This document shows, piece after piece, positions 61,362 through 64,000 of a stretch of DNA of 64,000 nucleotides. Each line of letters begins with the position of its first letter. The first letter of the stretch is position 1. The translations under genes and the position numbers were made by a program. The stretch is from Lobosporangium transversale (taxonomy: Eukaryota), in assembly GCF_002105155.1 (NCBI RefSeq), contig NW_019028981.1, positions 186,001 to 250,000 on the forward strand. The letters are read 5' to 3'. The notes beneath the pieces are model-generated. The model did no database searches and was not told the DNA's origin. It saw only the letters and a list, made by a program, of their open reading frames with translations.

Positions 61362-63431
61362 ATGCAGCCCCAACCAAGACGACAACCGCCTCTGCCACAA
61401 CAACGCATGCCCCCTGGCAGTGGACCACCTCCACCTCAAGGACAATACATGCGACAACAACAAGGCCTACCACCACGACCCATGGGCGGACCAGGACCAG
61501 GTGGAATGTACCCCCAACACCAAGGAATGGGTGGGCCGATGGGTCCACCGATGGGTCCACCAATGGGTCAAGGAGGCAATTACCCACCGCCTAGTATGCG
61601 ACCTCGTCCAGCGCCGATGATGCCCATGGGTAACCAGATGCCTATGAATGGACCTCCACGACCTATGGGTGGACCTATGAGCGGGCCAATGGGTGGACCT
61701 ATGGGTGGACCTCCTATGCCGATGGGCGGCCAGCGGCCTATGGGTGGTCCGAATATACCTCCAATGGGACGACCCGGCCCTCCTCCTAGTATGGGACCTC
61801 CTAGACCCAATCCTGGATATAGAGGGCCACCACAAGGACCAGGACCAAGTATGGGACCAGGACCAGGAGGAATGGGGCCAGGGCCAGGAGGAATGGGTCC
61901 AGGGCCAGGAATGGGTCCCGGAAAGGGGCCAGGGATAGGTATGGGGCCAGGGCCAGGGCCAGGGCCAGGGTCTATCAGCTCAAGCAGTTCAATTCAATCC
62001 GCACCAATATCTCTCTACGGTGGCATTAGTGGAGCTTCCAGTTCACCCAGTAATAATAGTAGTATAACTTCTCCAGCTTACTCTTCAACTCAATCTCCTA
62101 TGGCACCAATCAACTATCAACCTAAAACGTCGCATGCACCAACGGCAACCTCGCGACCCATCCACTCACCCAGTCCTAGCCCCATTCCAGCTTCATCTTC
62201 TGCTTCATCGAGTCCTGCCCCTATTGCTGTGCAGCCATCGCCTAACAACATCAATGCGGTACCCTTACGTCACGAAACTTCTTCTCCAAAAATTCGAAAA
62301 GATCCACCGCCGCCACCTATCGCCCGCAATAATGATGTCTCGTCCTCGCCTCAGATCCGCAGTGAAGCTCCTTTACCTTCGCCTAACTCCAGGATAGAGG
62401 CTAATTCAAACTCACCATTACCACCAAAGCCCCCAGTTAGGAGAGATACGTCGTCGTCATCAAAGTCGCAAAAAGAAGCTGCTGCATCATCCTCGCCTTT
62501 GATGAAAAAGGATGCACCTATTCCGCCACGCAAGGAGATTTCACAGCCCAAGCCTCTACAGCCCATACGCAAAAATCTAATCTCAATATCGTCGCCAACA
62601 CCATCGCCATCTACGGCAAGTCGTATGAACGAGAAGTCTGATCGAAAGCCCGTCGTGGAAATTGCGCAATTTTCAAAGGAGGGTTTCAACCATGAAGAAT
62701 GTGAGTTTGTAATGAAATACTTCAGAACGGGAAGGACTACAAAATGACTGAAAAGCTACAGAAGGCCAAGAGTGGAAGACTTTTTTTTAAAGATTAATTC
62801 GATACTCAACCGCCTTTATACATTTTATTTCATTTAGATCTCACTCAGAACCTAGCTAATGCTAGCGAGGATACAATTCGAAGTTTTCTGCAATCGCTCA
62901 AGGACTCTAAATCATTGGCAGCAGAGGATCTTCAAGAAAACGTGTTTAAGAACTACAACGAATTTGTCACTATTTCGAAAGAAATTTCAAAGCTGGAAAG
63001 CGATATGCAAACCTTACGTGGGTTACTGGATGATCTAAAGGCAGCAAGCGACAATCTGGTGGATGATGACGATGAATTTTTGCTCACAGCTGGTAAAAGA
63101 AAATGATCTTTAACCTTGTTCTCATACTCGCTACATTTCACATACTGGCATTTTTACATGGAGATTATTATCCCTCAGGATTGGCTTTTTTTTTTTTTTT
63201 TTTTTTTTTAACTTGTGATCAATTTGCCTGATTTTAGGTATCGAGGATTCTGCTCCTGTTGTACCAAAGAGAATGACAGTCATGGTCTCAAGCATGTCAG
63301 ATTTAACGTCTGTCTGGAAAGCCCAAATGATGGCACTATGGGAGGGCATTGAGGGAGCACAGGTAACGTTTCTCTGATAGTTCAGTTATTGTTGACAATG
63401 ATACGCATCTACACTTGGATTTCTTTCTCTC

Positions 63432-63487
<56 letters not shown>

Positions 63488-64000
63488 CTGAAAAGTCTTT
63501 ATTTTATTCAACTTATCATGTCTATCTGACTTAGAAAATGCTTCCATATCATCCAAAACGACATTTGATCCGCGAGTCCCCAAGCTTTGTAGAGATCAAC
63601 ACAGCAACCAACAAGATCAAACATCCTGTCCACATTGTACTCATGAATGACACCCTCCTAATTGCAACGCGCAAAAAGAAAACAGCTGCCATCTCAAAAT
63701 ATAAATTATTGGGCGATCGCTGCTGGCCATTAACAGACATTACCATTGAAGACATGAAGGATACAGCAGGTAAAAAAGCGTATTGATATTCCTTGATATA
63801 TCTTTCTTCTTTCATTCTAAAAGAAGTTTTTTTTTCTTGGATTAAATGGCATCTAATAAATATAGATATTAGGAATGCAATTAAGATTACGCATGGAAAC
63901 GAGGTTTTTGTGTACAAGACGGAAAAAGGACAGGAGAAGCAAACCATGTTGGTCAATGCAAAGCGTTCTACAGATGAAATGCTTGCAAGGTCAAATGAGT
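61362..64000 (+). CDS. EXO84: Exocyst subunit Exo84, truncated at the window end; long Pro/Gly/Met-rich N-terminal extension
   Basis: DLQENVFKNYNEFVTISKEISKLESDM (Exo84 N-terminal helices), ALWEGIEGAQK and PH-like RHLIRES..VHIVLMNDTLLIA. Confidence 0.85.

Overview
Gene-dense, intron-rich eukaryotic DNA with many long poly(A)/poly(T) tracts. It is most consistent with an early-diverging fungus (Mortierellaceae/Mucoromycota-like); this is inferred from gene content and is not proven. About 18 host genes can be read: DBP8, TOM22, an MBIP-like protein, thymidylate synthase, a divergent DDRGK1, a Derlin, mitochondrial Hsp90 TRAP1, UTP10, tafazzin, an NDR-family kinase, a uS10-like protein, a tandem-RRM protein, a GPI-anchored protein, an F-box/LRR protein, a Num1/ApsA-type dynein anchor, a CRAL-TRIO protein, a POT1-like protein, MsrA and a partial EXO84. 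A DNA-transposon island spans about 10.0-16.6 kb. It holds an intact Tc1-like DD35E element, a MITE, and two head-to-head long-spacer ITm (Sailor-like, DD87E) elements 16 bp apart, and it is flanked by two damaged host genes. The most notable candidates are: a duplicated histone-H4-tail mimic inside the MBIP-like (ATAC HAT subunit-like) protein; a CRIB motif in an NDR kinase; the abutted transposon pair; a POT1 lacking OB1; a DDRGK1 lacking its UFM1-related motifs; and a loop-less uS10 paralog. All family calls come from manual motif recognition, and exon boundaries were inferred by hand.
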